A stretch of DNA of 60,083 nt from a virus (lineage: Duplodnaviria > Caudoviricetes), in IMG/VR virus record IMGVR_UViG_3300030109_004892, positions 1-60,083 of that record. One strand, written 5' to 3'. Shown in pieces: positions 1-9,404 of the stretch; positions within the stretch are counted from its first letter, which is position 1; each line of letters begins with the position of its first letter. The notes beneath the pieces are model-generated. The model had not been told where the DNA came from and made no database searches. It was given only the letters and a program-made list of their open reading frames with translations. A program made the position numbers and the translations under genes.

Positions 1-70
1 ACAAAAGGAGCTAGAGGAAAAGATAGATAAGCGAATTAAAAGAGCGCTAGAAAATCCTCTTGGTGGATAA
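1..70 (+). CDS. 3' end of the coiled-coil membrane protein begun at 59544 (diverged allele; wraps the contig)
   Basis: Frame from base 2 reads QKELEEKIDKRIKRALENPLGG*, 21/22 aa identical to the last codons of the window. Confidence 0.85.
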   Translation, partial: QKELEEKIDKRIKRALENPLGG

Positions 71-228
71 TGGCAAATAAACAATACAAATGGTTTTTAA
101 CAAAACGCAATAGAGCTATGAAAAAGAATAACCCTATTGCGAAAGAACTATATACTCCTCAATATAAACCAAAAGTTGTAGAGAGTAAAAAGGTATATGA
201 TAGGAAAAATGATGAAAATATCAGATAA
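70..228 (+). CDS. Small basic protein, ArfA-like (52 aa), not in ORF track
   Basis: TAATG coupling; MANKQYKWFLTKRNRAMKKNNPIAKELYTPQYKPKVVESKKVYDRKNDENIR. Confidence 0.65.
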   Translation: MANKQYKWFLTKRNRAMKKNNPIAKELYTPQYKPKVVESKKVYDRKNDENIR

Positions 229-604
229 TACAAGTGTAAGTATGCCTATGAGAAATCTTCTCAGCATACTAGGAGCTACAGCTCTGGGTGTGTGGGCTTA
301 TTTTGGCGTGATAGAGCGCTTAAACAACATCGAGACACAAGGTAAGTTAATGTTATCAGACGTTGAAAAAAACACAGAATTTAGAATTAAATGGCCTCGT
401 GGTGAAATGGGTAATTTGCCAGCCGATAGTCAACAAGACATGCTCATTGAATTTATGGCAACACAGATAGAAGCCATGCAAGAAGAAATGGAGGGTATGA
501 TGAGTAACACCGTAAATATAAAAAGAGCACAGCAAGATATAGAAAAATTAATTACAGATACAGAAAAGCTGGAGGACAAAGTGAGGGCCAATGGAAGTCA
601 TTAG
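197..604 (+). CDS. Membrane-anchored coiled-coil protein
   Basis: One TM segment (LLSILGATALGVWAYFGVI) followed by a heptad-rich C-terminus. Confidence 0.75.
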   Translation: MIGKMMKISDNTSVSMPMRNLLSILGATALGVWAYFGVIERLNNIETQGKLMLSDVEKNTEFRIKWPRGEMGNLPADSQQDMLIEFMATQIEAMQEEMEGMMSNTVNIKRAQQDIEKLITDTEKLEDKVRANGSH

Positions 605-896
605 CGTAATACTCATGTTTGTTTTTGGTAATATGAATGACCAAGCAACTCAAATGACACAGTATATTCCTATGAAGTCATTATCTTCTTGTATGAAAGA
701 AGTACGATTACTTAAAAAGAAAAATACTGGATATGATAAAGATGCTTTCTGTGGTCCTGGTATAGTAGAAATTAAAGATGGTGAAGTAATGGCTCTTTAT
801 AATGAAATACCAGAAGGTGCCACGATGGTAAAAAAAGATATAGATGCAGCAGCATTTGAGCGATGGTCTTTAAGAGCAAAAGCGAAGTGGGATTAA
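591..896 (+). CDS. Hypothetical exported protein
   Basis: Hydrophobic N-terminus, two Cys, overlap with upstream gene, GAGG RBS. Confidence 0.7.
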   Translation: MEVISVILMFVFGNMNDQATQMTQYIPMKSLSSCMKEVRLLKKKNTGYDKDAFCGPGIVEIKDGEVMALYNEIPEGATMVKKDIDAAAFERWSLRAKAKWD

Positions 897-967
897 TGGA
901 ACCAGTAACAGTAATTTATATTATTTTTGGAACTTTATGGGTTATGGGTGCTATTACTTATTTATAA
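896..967 (+). CDS. 23-aa single-TM microprotein
   Basis: TAATG coupling; MEPVTVIYIIFGTLWVMGAITYL. Confidence 0.5.
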   Translation: MEPVTVIYIIFGTLWVMGAITYL

Positions 968-970
968 AAT

Positions 971-1111
971 ATGGCTCAAAAAATACCATCAAACGAATAT
1001 TTTACTCCAGTTAAAAAAAGAACTTCAATTGGTCATTCTTCAAGATCTAAACCTAAAAATAAACATAAGTTAAAATCATGGAAAAGTTACAACCGACAAG
1101 GCAACAAATAA
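971..1111 (+). CDS. Small basic protein (46 aa), KRTSIG...K(S/K)YxxQG type
   Basis: MAQKIPSNEYFTPVKKRTSIGHSSRSKPKNKHKLKSWKSYNRQGNK; fills the gap in the operon. Confidence 0.65.
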   Translation: MAQKIPSNEYFTPVKKRTSIGHSSRSKPKNKHKLKSWKSYNRQGNK

Positions 1112-1662
1112 TCGAAGACGTTAGACTTTGGTCTAAACATTTTTTAGAAGTTCCCAACCTCCATTTAGGTGGAGTGCCTGCGTGTCCTTTTGCTAAAAAA
1201 GCTTGGGTAGATAAAAAAGTATGGGTTGCTGTTAAAACCAAACACAGCTCATATAAAAAAGAATTAAATGACCATCTTAAAAATTTAGACTTTACTAAGA
1301 AAGAAATATTAATATTTTGTGACCCTTATTTTAGTTATTCTCCTGATGAACTTCATATGGCTACTGAAGATTTTAATGAATGGTATAATAGAAAAGACTT
1401 CTATTTTATGAGTTTTCATCCTTCTAATCCTGCAACGGAAGAAGAACAAAGGTTCCTTGTTTCCCCAAATAAGGATGTAGATGTATCAGGACCTGATTAT
1501 AAATATTCTATGATGTTGGTACAAAAGTTCTCGCAATTACAGGAAGCTTCTGATAAATTGCACAAGCAAGGTTATTATAAACAATGGCCTGACGAATACT
1601 ATCGAGACGTCGTAGTATCACGTGCTAATAAATACAAACAGATCAATGGAGGTCTATCATGA
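1078..1662 (+). CDS. DUF1415-like protein
   Basis: CPFA and FHP motifs typical of DUF1415-like proteins. Confidence 0.65.
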   Translation: MEKLQPTRQQIIEDVRLWSKHFLEVPNLHLGGVPACPFAKKAWVDKKVWVAVKTKHSSYKKELNDHLKNLDFTKKEILIFCDPYFSYSPDELHMATEDFNEWYNRKDFYFMSFHPSNPATEEEQRFLVSPNKDVDVSGPDYKYSMMLVQKFSQLQEASDKLHKQGYYKQWPDEYYRDVVVSRANKYKQINGGLS

Positions 1663-2033
1663 TGGGTAAAAAGAAAACTGCTAAAATGAGAGGCGGAGGA
1701 AGAGTTAAAAAAACTGCTAAAATGCGTGGTGGTGGTAAAGTTAAGAAAATGAATATGGGTGGTCGTACAGGCGACATGATGTATTCAAGAGGATACGGAG
1801 TCGATGAAAAAGGAAAACGTATGCCTACTATGTTAATGGATCGTGGTCCAGAAGGCATGAAAAAAGGTGGTAAAGTTAAGAAAAAAAAGCAAGGTTATAA
1901 AGATCGTAAAGATGAATCTATTGCTATGCGTATTAAAAAGAAAAGAACAAAGAAACAATTAAAAGCAAGCAGAAATGAATCTTATGGTAAGTTTGGTAGT
2001 AAAGCCCGTAAAAAAGGCAAGATTAATAAATAA
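1659..2033 (+). CDS. Lys-rich small protein with repeated MxxGG motifs
   Basis: KKTAKMRGGG x2, MNMGG, MKKGG; GGAGG RBS; ATGA overlap. Confidence 0.75.
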   Translation: MMGKKKTAKMRGGGRVKKTAKMRGGGKVKKMNMGGRTGDMMYSRGYGVDEKGKRMPTMLMDRGPEGMKKGGKVKKKKQGYKDRKDESIAMRIKKKRTKKQLKASRNESYGKFGSKARKKGKINK

Positions 2034-2737
2034 TGCCAACTTATGCCAGTACTGCTGATTTTGATCTTTCAATAAGTGAAATTGTTGAAGAGGCTTTTGA
2101 ACGCTGTGGATTACAAGATCGAAGTGGTTATGAATTAAAAACTGCTCGTAGATCTTTAAATCTTTTATTAGCTGAATGGTCTAATAGAGGACTTAATCTA
2201 TGGACTATAAAAAAACAAACTGCTGCGTTAGCAGCAGATACAACCAGTTTATCTGGTACTTCTTTGTATGGTGCAGGAGCAAATGCTGCTTCTGAAATTG
2301 TAGAAATAACAGACATGGTTATTCGTGATTCAAGTAATAATGAATATTCATGTTCTCCCATTAGTCGTTCAACATATTTAAATTATACGGTTAAAACTTC
2401 TAGTGGAAGACCTACTCAATTTTATTTTGAAAAGACTATTAATCCTACTTTGTATTTATATCCGGCAGCGGATGTAGCTTATACTGTAGTTTATTATGCT
2501 ATGTTAAGAATGAAAGATTCTGGTGCTTATACTAATAATGCAGAAATACCTTTTTCTTTTTTACCGTGTTTAACAGCAGGTTTAGCTTATTATATAGCTT
2601 TAAAATATGCTCCTGAAAGAACTCAAATTTTAAAAATAGCTTATGAGGAAGAATTTAGAAGAGCAGCAGATACTAATAGAGGAAATGTAAGTTCACACTT
2701 TGTGCCTAAATTAGGAATTACAGCGGGGACATACTAA
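2033..2737 (+). CDS. Head-tail adaptor / tail tubular protein A-like
   Basis: ARRSLNLLLAEW...GRPTQFY...LYLYP...GLAYYIA pattern; position in structural operon. Confidence 0.7.
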   Translation: MPTYASTADFDLSISEIVEEAFERCGLQDRSGYELKTARRSLNLLLAEWSNRGLNLWTIKKQTAALAADTTSLSGTSLYGAGANAASEIVEITDMVIRDSSNNEYSCSPISRSTYLNYTVKTSSGRPTQFYFEKTINPTLYLYPAADVAYTVVYYAMLRMKDSGAYTNNAEIPFSFLPCLTAGLAYYIALKYAPERTQILKIAYEEEFRRAADTNRGNVSSHFVPKLGITAGTY

Positions 2738-3126
2738 TGGGACGTTATTCATCCGGACAATTTGCTTTAAGAATCTCTGATAGAGATGGACAAGCATATC
2801 CATATAATGAAATGGTTCAGGAATGGACAGGAGCCTGGGTTCATATTTCAGAATACGAACCTAAATCTCCTTTATTAAATCCTACTAATCATCCTACCGA
2901 TGCACAATCATTAGAACATGCAAAACCTCAAGTAGTAGATTCTACTGTTGAGGTAGGATTAATTGGAATAGCCGCTAATAATTTTGGAGCTTTAAATGAA
3001 ACAGCTACTCTTTCTGATGGTTCAGTAGTTACTGTTAAAAGTATGATGCCATTAGGTATACAACGACCTTCAAAAATAACTAAGATGCAAAGTTTTATAG
3101 GAAATGTTACAGTGAGTACGTCATGA
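2737..3126 (+). CDS. Conserved virion-associated hypothetical protein
   Basis: ISDRDG...EWTG...EYEPK motif; coupled to adaptor gene. Confidence 0.65.
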   Translation: MGRYSSGQFALRISDRDGQAYPYNEMVQEWTGAWVHISEYEPKSPLLNPTNHPTDAQSLEHAKPQVVDSTVEVGLIGIAANNFGALNETATLSDGSVVTVKSMMPLGIQRPSKITKMQSFIGNVTVSTS

Positions 3127-3788
3127 CCGATTATTCAGATTTAAATGATAATGTAAGAAACTATACAGAAACAGATAATAATATTTTATCTGATAGTATT
3201 ATACAACCTTTTATAAAATCTATTGAGGATCAAGTAATGAGAACAGTAGATCTTACTTATTATCGTAAATATGACACAGCAACATTAACAATAAATAATC
3301 CTTTTTTACCCCTTCCTAGTGATTGGCAAAATACACGTTATGTTCAAATTTTTAATGCCGCTTCAGCAACTCCTGAGAGAACTTACTTGCTACAAAAAGA
3401 TATTTCGTTTATGAATGAATATTGGCCAGATAGAACTGCAACTGGTACCCCTAAGTATTATGCTATGTGGGATCAAGACACGCATTATATTGCGCCAACT
3501 CCCGATGCTGCCCTTACTGTGGAGCTCGCATACACGTACAAGCCTGATGGCTTATCAAGTGGACAAACATCTACTTGGTTAAGTCAAAATGCTCCGAACG
3601 TGCTATTATATGGTTGTATTTTACAAGCACTTGGATACTTGAAAGGTCCGGCAGATATGATACAATATTATGATAAAATGTTTAATCAGTCTATGCAATC
3701 TTTAGCCACATATGAGATGGGGCGTGATCGTAGAGACGAATTTCGGGACGGCGTTATTCGTATCCCTCTCGAATCAAGGAACCCATAG
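3123..3788 (+). CDS. Second phage adaptor/neck protein
   Basis: GTPKYYA...APTPD...Y...TWLS..APxxLLYG pattern. Confidence 0.7.
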   Translation: MTDYSDLNDNVRNYTETDNNILSDSIIQPFIKSIEDQVMRTVDLTYYRKYDTATLTINNPFLPLPSDWQNTRYVQIFNAASATPERTYLLQKDISFMNEYWPDRTATGTPKYYAMWDQDTHYIAPTPDAALTVELAYTYKPDGLSSGQTSTWLSQNAPNVLLYGCILQALGYLKGPADMIQYYDKMFNQSMQSLATYEMGRDRRDEFRDGVIRIPLESRNP

Positions 3789-3797
3789 GAGATTATT

Positions 3798-4244
3798 ATG
3801 GCAATTACTCAAGCTGTATGCAACAGTTTTAAAGTGGAGATCCTGAAAGGCCTACACAACTTCACGGCAACGACAGGGAACGCTTTTAAATTAGCATTAT
3901 ACGACAACGAAGCGACTTTAAGTAAATCAACAACTGCATTTCAACAAACTGACGAAGTGGGTGCATCAGGCACTTACGCTGAAGGTGGTGGTGCGTTAAC
4001 ATCTGTTACGCCAGCATTATCTACAGACACTGCTGTTTGTGATTTCAGTGATATTTCATTCACAAGTGCAACTATTTCAGCACAAGCTGCTGTAATTTAT
4101 AATAGTTCAACTGTATCTGGTTTGACTACCAATGCGTCCGTTTGTGTATTAGATTTTGGTGCAGTAAAAACTTCGACTTCAGGAACATTTACAATTACGT
4201 TCCCTGCTGCTGAAGCTACTGCTGCAATTTTAAGGATCGCATAA
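3798..4244 (+). CDS. Tail structural protein
   Basis: SFKxEIL...FKLALY...VLDFG..KTS..GTFTITFP; AGGAGA RBS. Confidence 0.7.
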   Translation: MAITQAVCNSFKVEILKGLHNFTATTGNAFKLALYDNEATLSKSTTAFQQTDEVGASGTYAEGGGALTSVTPALSTDTAVCDFSDISFTSATISAQAAVIYNSSTVSGLTTNASVCVLDFGAVKTSTSGTFTITFPAAEATAAILRIA

Positions 4245-4255
4245 GGAGATAAATT

Positions 4256-6028
4256 ATGGCCTCTCTTCAAGGATGGGGCCGACAGACCTGGAGTTCGGGT
4301 GCTTGGGATCAACAAGCACCTGTAGACGCTACAGGTAGTGGTCTCACTTCTACAGTTGGAACTGTATCGCTTTCGACGACAAATATATTTAGCGTAACAG
4401 GAAACCAACTTACATCTAGTATTGGCGACGCTACTCAGGCATCTGAGTATGCAGCGACTGGTAATGCGGTAACAACATCGTTAGGCACAATGCCTAATCC
4501 AACGATTGTTGATGACCAATTATTAACTGGATGGAACAGAGGTGTAGGCACATCAGTACCACTAGGATGGAACGCAGCATCTTGGGGTAATGGCGATTTT
4601 ATTTTAACTACAAGCAACGGATTATCTGGTGCTTCAATGACTTCTTCTCTTGGAGAAGAATCACCAATAATTAGTGTAGACTTTACACCTACTGGAATAG
4701 GTACCACTTCATCTGTAGGAACAGCTACGGCAATTGGTAATCAAATTACAACTCCTAATGGTAATGTTATTACATCATCTTTAGGTACAGAGACTGTAAC
4801 TGGATCTTCAACACATACTCTCACTGGCATAGGATTAACTTCGCAAGTAGGAGATGAAGATGCTCAAGGTGTTCGCCAATCAGGTTGGAACCGTGGAGCA
4901 AACCAAGTTACCGGTGAATTAATTGGTTGGGGTGATAACCTTTGGGGTACTTTAACAACCTCTTATGCTTTAACAGGAGCTCAAGCAACCACAGCAACCA
5001 CAGCCCCTGCGATTAATACAGACTTTAATATTACTGTTACTGGTGTTGGCTTAACTAGTTCAACTGGTGTACTTGGCGGCTTTGCTCAAGCTACTGGCGT
5101 TTCAGCTACATCATCAATAGGAACATTCTCTATATCAGGAGATTCAACATTAACTATCGTTGCTGCTAGTGAACCTGAAATGGATATTTCTACAGGAACC
5201 GCAGTTGTTGAAATTGGTAAAACAGCTTTCCCATCAGGAAATGCTATTAATGCAAGTCTTGGTTCTTTAACTGTAACTGGTACCGGTGTAATTTCGCCAA
5301 CAGGTGTTAATTTAACTGGTAGTATAGGAACTGAAGCAGTATCTACTGATGTCAATGTTGTAGGCGTAGGTGGACTTGTCACAAAAACTGTAACTGTTGT
5401 AAGTACAGCAAGTGGAAATAAATATTTTATTGATGGTGTTCAACAAGAAACTTTAGAGTTAGCTGAAGGAAACACATATAAATTTGATCAGTCAGATAAT
5501 ACTAATGATGGACATCCATTCCGTTTTTCTACAACATCAGACGGCACACACGGTGGAGGGTCTGAATATACAACTGGTGTAACAACAAATGGAACTCCAG
5601 GTAACGCAGGAGCATATACTCAAATAACTATAGCTTCTAGTGCACCAACTCTTTATTACTATTGTACTCAACATCCAGGCATGGGTGGTCAAGCTAATAC
5701 CCCTGCTTCTGATGGAAATGAATTTACTGCAAACGGCGCAACCAGTAATGTGGGATCTGCTACAATTAGTGGCGGAGCAACTGTTTCAGCAAGTGGAAAT
5801 GGATTAACTTCATCACTAGGTGAAGAAACACAAGAAACTAGCTATGAAGCACCTAGCGTTCAAGCGGTTGCAGATGTTGGTAATCCTACTATTAATATAA
5901 GTGTGGACTTTACACCTACTGGAGTTTCTGCTACAAGTAGTACAGGAACTTTACAAGGTACTTTTTGGAATGTTGTAGATGATTCTAACTCAGCAATAAG
6001 TTGGACGGAAGTCCATAAAGCTGCATAA
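4256..6028 (+). CDS. Tail fibre-like protein, Thr/Gly/Ser-rich repeats, with an inserted cupredoxin-like domain
   Basis: TGxxxTSSxG repeats; GWG/GWN motifs; HPF...LYYYCTQHPGMG. Confidence 0.75.
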   Translation: MASLQGWGRQTWSSGAWDQQAPVDATGSGLTSTVGTVSLSTTNIFSVTGNQLTSSIGDATQASEYAATGNAVTTSLGTMPNPTIVDDQLLTGWNRGVGTSVPLGWNAASWGNGDFILTTSNGLSGASMTSSLGEESPIISVDFTPTGIGTTSSVGTATAIGNQITTPNGNVITSSLGTETVTGSSTHTLTGIGLTSQVGDEDAQGVRQSGWNRGANQVTGELIGWGDNLWGTLTTSYALTGAQATTATTAPAINTDFNITVTGVGLTSSTGVLGGFAQATGVSATSSIGTFSISGDSTLTIVAASEPEMDISTGTAVVEIGKTAFPSGNAINASLGSLTVTGTGVISPTGVNLTGSIGTEAVSTDVNVVGVGGLVTKTVTVVSTASGNKYFIDGVQQETLELAEGNTYKFDQSDNTNDGHPFRFSTTSDGTHGGGSEYTTGVTTNGTPGNAGAYTQITIASSAPTLYYYCTQHPGMGGQANTPASDGNEFTANGATSNVGSATISGGATVSASGNGLTSSLGEETQETSYEAPSVQAVADVGNPTINISVDFTPTGVSATSSTGTLQGTFWNVVDDSNSAISWTEVHKAA

Positions 6029-6033
6029 AAGTT

Positions 6034-6062
6034 TTGACAAACTTTATTTTAACTAATAATAA
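6034..6062 (+). promoter_or_regulatory. sigma70-type promoter for the second tail-fibre operon
   Basis: TTGACA-17 nt-TAATAA, then AGGAGA RBS before 6079. Confidence 0.5.
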
Positions 6063-6078
6063 TTATATAGGAGATTAA

Positions 6079-7416
6079 ATGAGTTCAACATATTCAACAA
6101 GTTTGAGAATAGAGCTTCAAGCTACTGGTGCAAATTCAGGAACTTGGGGAACTATTACGAACAATAACTTTTCACAATCATTAGAGTTTTCGATTGCTGG
6201 AGTAACTAATGTTGCATGTGGAGATGCTGCTGTAACTACACTTACAAATGGCGATGGCCCACAATCACAAGCAAATAACCAAGCAAGAAATGCTCACATA
6301 AGACTTACAGGTGCACACGGTGCAGTAAGAATAGCTCAATTTCCAGCTACTCAAAAAGTTTATTTAATTACTAACGCAACTACAGATTCTGGATCTTCTG
6401 GTCCTTATGCAATGACTTGCAGATTAGGTGCTTCAGGTAATACAATTTCAATAGCTAACGGAGCAACAAGACTTGTTTCAACTGATGGCACAAACTGGTA
6501 TGATGTTTTTGCTGCTGGTGGAGTTTATGGTGGTGGTTTCTTAGCTGATAGCGCAGTAGACGTTAATGGAAAAGAATTAATTTTAGATGCAGATGCAGAC
6601 ACAAGTTTAACAGCAGACACAGATGATCAAATAGATGTAAAAATAGCTAACATAGATGTTGCTACTCTTACTACTGCAAATTCTGGTGACTTAGTAATTA
6701 CAAATGCAGTTCAAGATAAAGATTTTGTAGTTAAAGGTGATGACAATGGCGGTGCTATTACTGCACTAACACTTGATATGTCAGAAGCTGGAGCAGCAGA
6801 ATTTAATTCAACTGTTACTGCAACTCAAGGTATTTTTACAGCAGGAGCACAAGTTAAAAATGGTGCTACAGGCGCAGGTTTTATAGAATTTTATGAAGAC
6901 TCAGATAATGGAACAAATAAAGTTACTTTCGCAGGTCCTTCAGCAACAGCAGATGTAACTATTACACTGCCAGCACAAGCAGGCACAGTGGTTGTTTCAA
7001 ACACAACGGCTGGTAATGATGTTCAATTAGATTCTTTAGGTATTGCGACAGCAGCTTCAGGAACAGCAGGCGAGATTAGAGCAACAAATGATGTAACTGC
7101 TTTTTATTCTTCTGACGTTTCACTTAAAGAAAACATAGTTAACATTCCTTCACCAATGGATTTAGTTTCAAAATTAAATGGTGTTCTATTTGATTGGAAA
7201 AAAGATTATATAGATCAAAAAGGCGGAGAAGATGGTTATTTTGTTCGTAAAAAAGATGTTGGAGTTCTTGCACAAGATGTAGAAAAAGTCTTACCTGAAA
7301 TAGTAGGAACAAGAGATGATGGAATTAAAGCTGTTAAATATGATCGTTTAACTTCTTTGTTAATTGAATGTGTAAAAGACTTGCAAGGACAAATAGATAA
7401 ACTAAAAAGGAGTTAA
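6079..7416 (+). CDS. Tail fibre with C-terminal intramolecular chaperone (peptidase S74)
   Basis: AFYSSDxxLKENI...GVLFDW...GVLAQDVEKVLPE...VKYDRL followed by a coiled coil. Confidence 0.85.
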   Translation: MSSTYSTSLRIELQATGANSGTWGTITNNNFSQSLEFSIAGVTNVACGDAAVTTLTNGDGPQSQANNQARNAHIRLTGAHGAVRIAQFPATQKVYLITNATTDSGSSGPYAMTCRLGASGNTISIANGATRLVSTDGTNWYDVFAAGGVYGGGFLADSAVDVNGKELILDADADTSLTADTDDQIDVKIANIDVATLTTANSGDLVITNAVQDKDFVVKGDDNGGAITALTLDMSEAGAAEFNSTVTATQGIFTAGAQVKNGATGAGFIEFYEDSDNGTNKVTFAGPSATADVTITLPAQAGTVVVSNTTAGNDVQLDSLGIATAASGTAGEIRATNDVTAFYSSDVSLKENIVNIPSPMDLVSKLNGVLFDWKKDYIDQKGGEDGYFVRKKDVGVLAQDVEKVLPEIVGTRDDGIKAVKYDRLTSLLIECVKDLQGQIDKLKRS

Positions 7417-7418
7417 TA

Positions 7419-8420
7419 ATGCCTACTCCCAGTGCACCTAATGCAATATCACTCTCAGACGTAAACGACGAACTAGGTAATTCATCAACTGCTCAAATTA
7501 ATATGAGCGCTGCAGCAGTTAGAAGTTTAGCAGGAATTGGTTCTGCACCCGCAGTAATAACAATGGACGATCTTAGAGGCGTATCTGCTGAATATGACAT
7601 AGATTATTTATCAGTTGCAGGTGGCGGATCTGGTGGAACAGCTGAAGGATATTCAAATGGTACAACAGGTGGTTCTGGAGCAGGTGGCATGCTTACAGGA
7701 ACATTTACAGGAATTACCAGTGGAGGAACTCTTACAGTCACCGTTGGTGGCGGAGGAGCTGCAAGATCTGGTGGACAAAACGATGGAAACGCTGGATCAA
7801 ATTCTGGAATAGCTTCACCTTTAATTACAAACGTTACTTCTATTGGTGGCGGATATGGAGGTGGCGGTGGAAGTGATGACCCTGGTGGTGTTGGTGGTTC
7901 TGGTGGGGCAGCTTCAAGCTATCCTGGACCAGGAAATGCTGGTGCTGCTGGTACATCTGGTCAAGGCAATTCTGGTGGAACATCAAATACAGACAACAAC
8001 CGTGGCTCTGGTGGCGGCGGTGGAAAAGGCAATCCTGGAGGAAACTCATCAAGTCACTCTACCCCAGGCGGTGGTGGCGCTGGAGGATCAAGCAGTATAC
8101 AAGGCTCTCCTGCTACTTTTGCAGGTGGCGGTGGCGGTGGCGGCTCTAGTAGTAATAATGGTGGCTCCGGTGGTTCTGGCGGGGGAGGTACTGGTGGAAA
8201 AACTGATACTGGACAATCAGGAACTGCAAACACAGGCGGTGGTGGCGGTGGTGCTGGAAACAGTAGTGGTGATACATCAGGTGCAGGTGGTTCTGGCGTT
8301 GTAATTTTAAGTGTACCTACAGATAATTATTCAGGAACAACAACAGGTTCTCCAACAGTAACAACAAGTGGAACTAATACCATTATTAAATTTACTGGTT
8401 CAGGAACCTTAACAACTTAG
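7419..8420 (+). CDS. Glycine-rich tail/receptor-binding protein
   Basis: VAGGG...poly-GGG...ANTGGGGGG...GGSGVVIL glycine-rich domain. Confidence 0.8.
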   Translation: MPTPSAPNAISLSDVNDELGNSSTAQINMSAAAVRSLAGIGSAPAVITMDDLRGVSAEYDIDYLSVAGGGSGGTAEGYSNGTTGGSGAGGMLTGTFTGITSGGTLTVTVGGGGAARSGGQNDGNAGSNSGIASPLITNVTSIGGGYGGGGGSDDPGGVGGSGGAASSYPGPGNAGAAGTSGQGNSGGTSNTDNNRGSGGGGGKGNPGGNSSSHSTPGGGGAGGSSSIQGSPATFAGGGGGGGSSSNNGGSGGSGGGGTGGKTDTGQSGTANTGGGGGGAGNSSGDTSGAGGSGVVILSVPTDNYSGTTTGSPTVTTSGTNTIIKFTGSGTLTT

Positions 8421-8428
8421 GATTATGT

Positions 8429-8869
8429 ATGGCTCATTTTGCACAACTAGACGATAACAATATTGTAACAGGAGTTTTCGTTGTTAATAACGATGTTATT
8501 ACTGATGAAAACGGCGATGAACAAGAATCTCTTGGTCAAGCTTTTTTTCAAAACCATCATGGCGATACTAAAACATATTTAAAATGTTCATATAACACAA
8601 TGAGAAATAAGTATTGGGATGATATAGTTAATAGAGTTGAGGGAGATCAAAGTAAAAAATTAAGAGGTAATTATCCGAGTATTGGATACACATATGATCC
8701 AACGGCAGATGTTTTTTATGAACCTAAACCTTGGCCTTCTTGGGTTTTAGACACAACAACTTATACGTGGAAAGCTCCTACTGTTCAACCAACGGCAAAT
8801 GATAGTGATACTTTTGATTGGAAATGGGATGAATCATCAACAAGTTGGGTAAAATCCCCTCCTGAGTAA
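8429..8869 (+). CDS. Tail-fibre-associated protein (MAHFA family)
   Basis: MAHFAxLD...SYN...RGNY..IGYTYD...PWPSW...W; usual partner of glycine-rich genes. Confidence 0.7.
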   Translation: MAHFAQLDDNNIVTGVFVVNNDVITDENGDEQESLGQAFFQNHHGDTKTYLKCSYNTMRNKYWDDIVNRVEGDQSKKLRGNYPSIGYTYDPTADVFYEPKPWPSWVLDTTTYTWKAPTVQPTANDSDTFDWKWDESSTSWVKSPPE

Positions 8870-8870
8870 A

Positions 8871-9404
8871 TTAAAACCAATTAAAATTAATTACTCCTCT
8901 TACTTGTGAATCTGTATGCGTAGATCCTGCGTGTAAAACTTTTGTTGGAAAAATAACTATTCTGTTTTCTACACAATCAACTTTCTTGTTATTTTCAAAA
9001 ACAGACGGACCATTCGTTGTATTTAAAAAATATATAGCTGTCTTCATTTGATTTAAACTTAAATCATCATCATAATCTTGATGTAGACCGTAAGGTTTTA
9101 TTTCAGTTTCTTTTATAGTTAAATTTGCTTTAACTCTTTTTATAGCGTTTGGTTGTAAAATTTTAAAGAAAGGAAGTAAGTTATTATAATAAGCACTATT
9201 TGGAATAAAGTCATAATAAAACATATGAGTAAATTGCGTAACACCATCATCTATAACTTTATTGTAATTTAAAAACCAAGGGAATTCACTTTTGTTTAGT
9301 AATATGTCTTGCAAATTTTTAAATATTTTTTTGTCTAAAAAATTATCTATTACTCTTATTTCGTCGTGTTTCATTACTTCAATATCAAACATTAAAATAC
9401 CCAC
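8871..9404 (-). CDS. 2OG-Fe(II) oxygenase
   Basis: HQD...HAG...R; IDNFL; ENRIVIFP. Confidence 0.8.
   Translation of the reverse strand: MGILMFDIEVMKHDEIRVIDNFLDKKIFKNLQDILLNKSEFPWFLNYNKVIDDGVTQFTHMFYYDFIPNSAYYNNLLPFFKILQPNAIKRVKANLTIKETEIKPYGLHQDYDDDLSLNQMKTAIYFLNTTNGPSVFENNKKVDCVENRIVIFPTKVLHAGSTHTDSQVRGVINFNWF

Noticed and set aside
1-67. Diversity-generating retroelement TR/VR pair (with 60017-60083)
   Set aside because: Differences include C/T changes and are almost all synonymous; no reverse transcriptase gene seen
7615-8304. Alternative-frame ORFs inside the glycine-rich gene
   Set aside because: By-product of GGN codon runs (Val/His-rich shadows)
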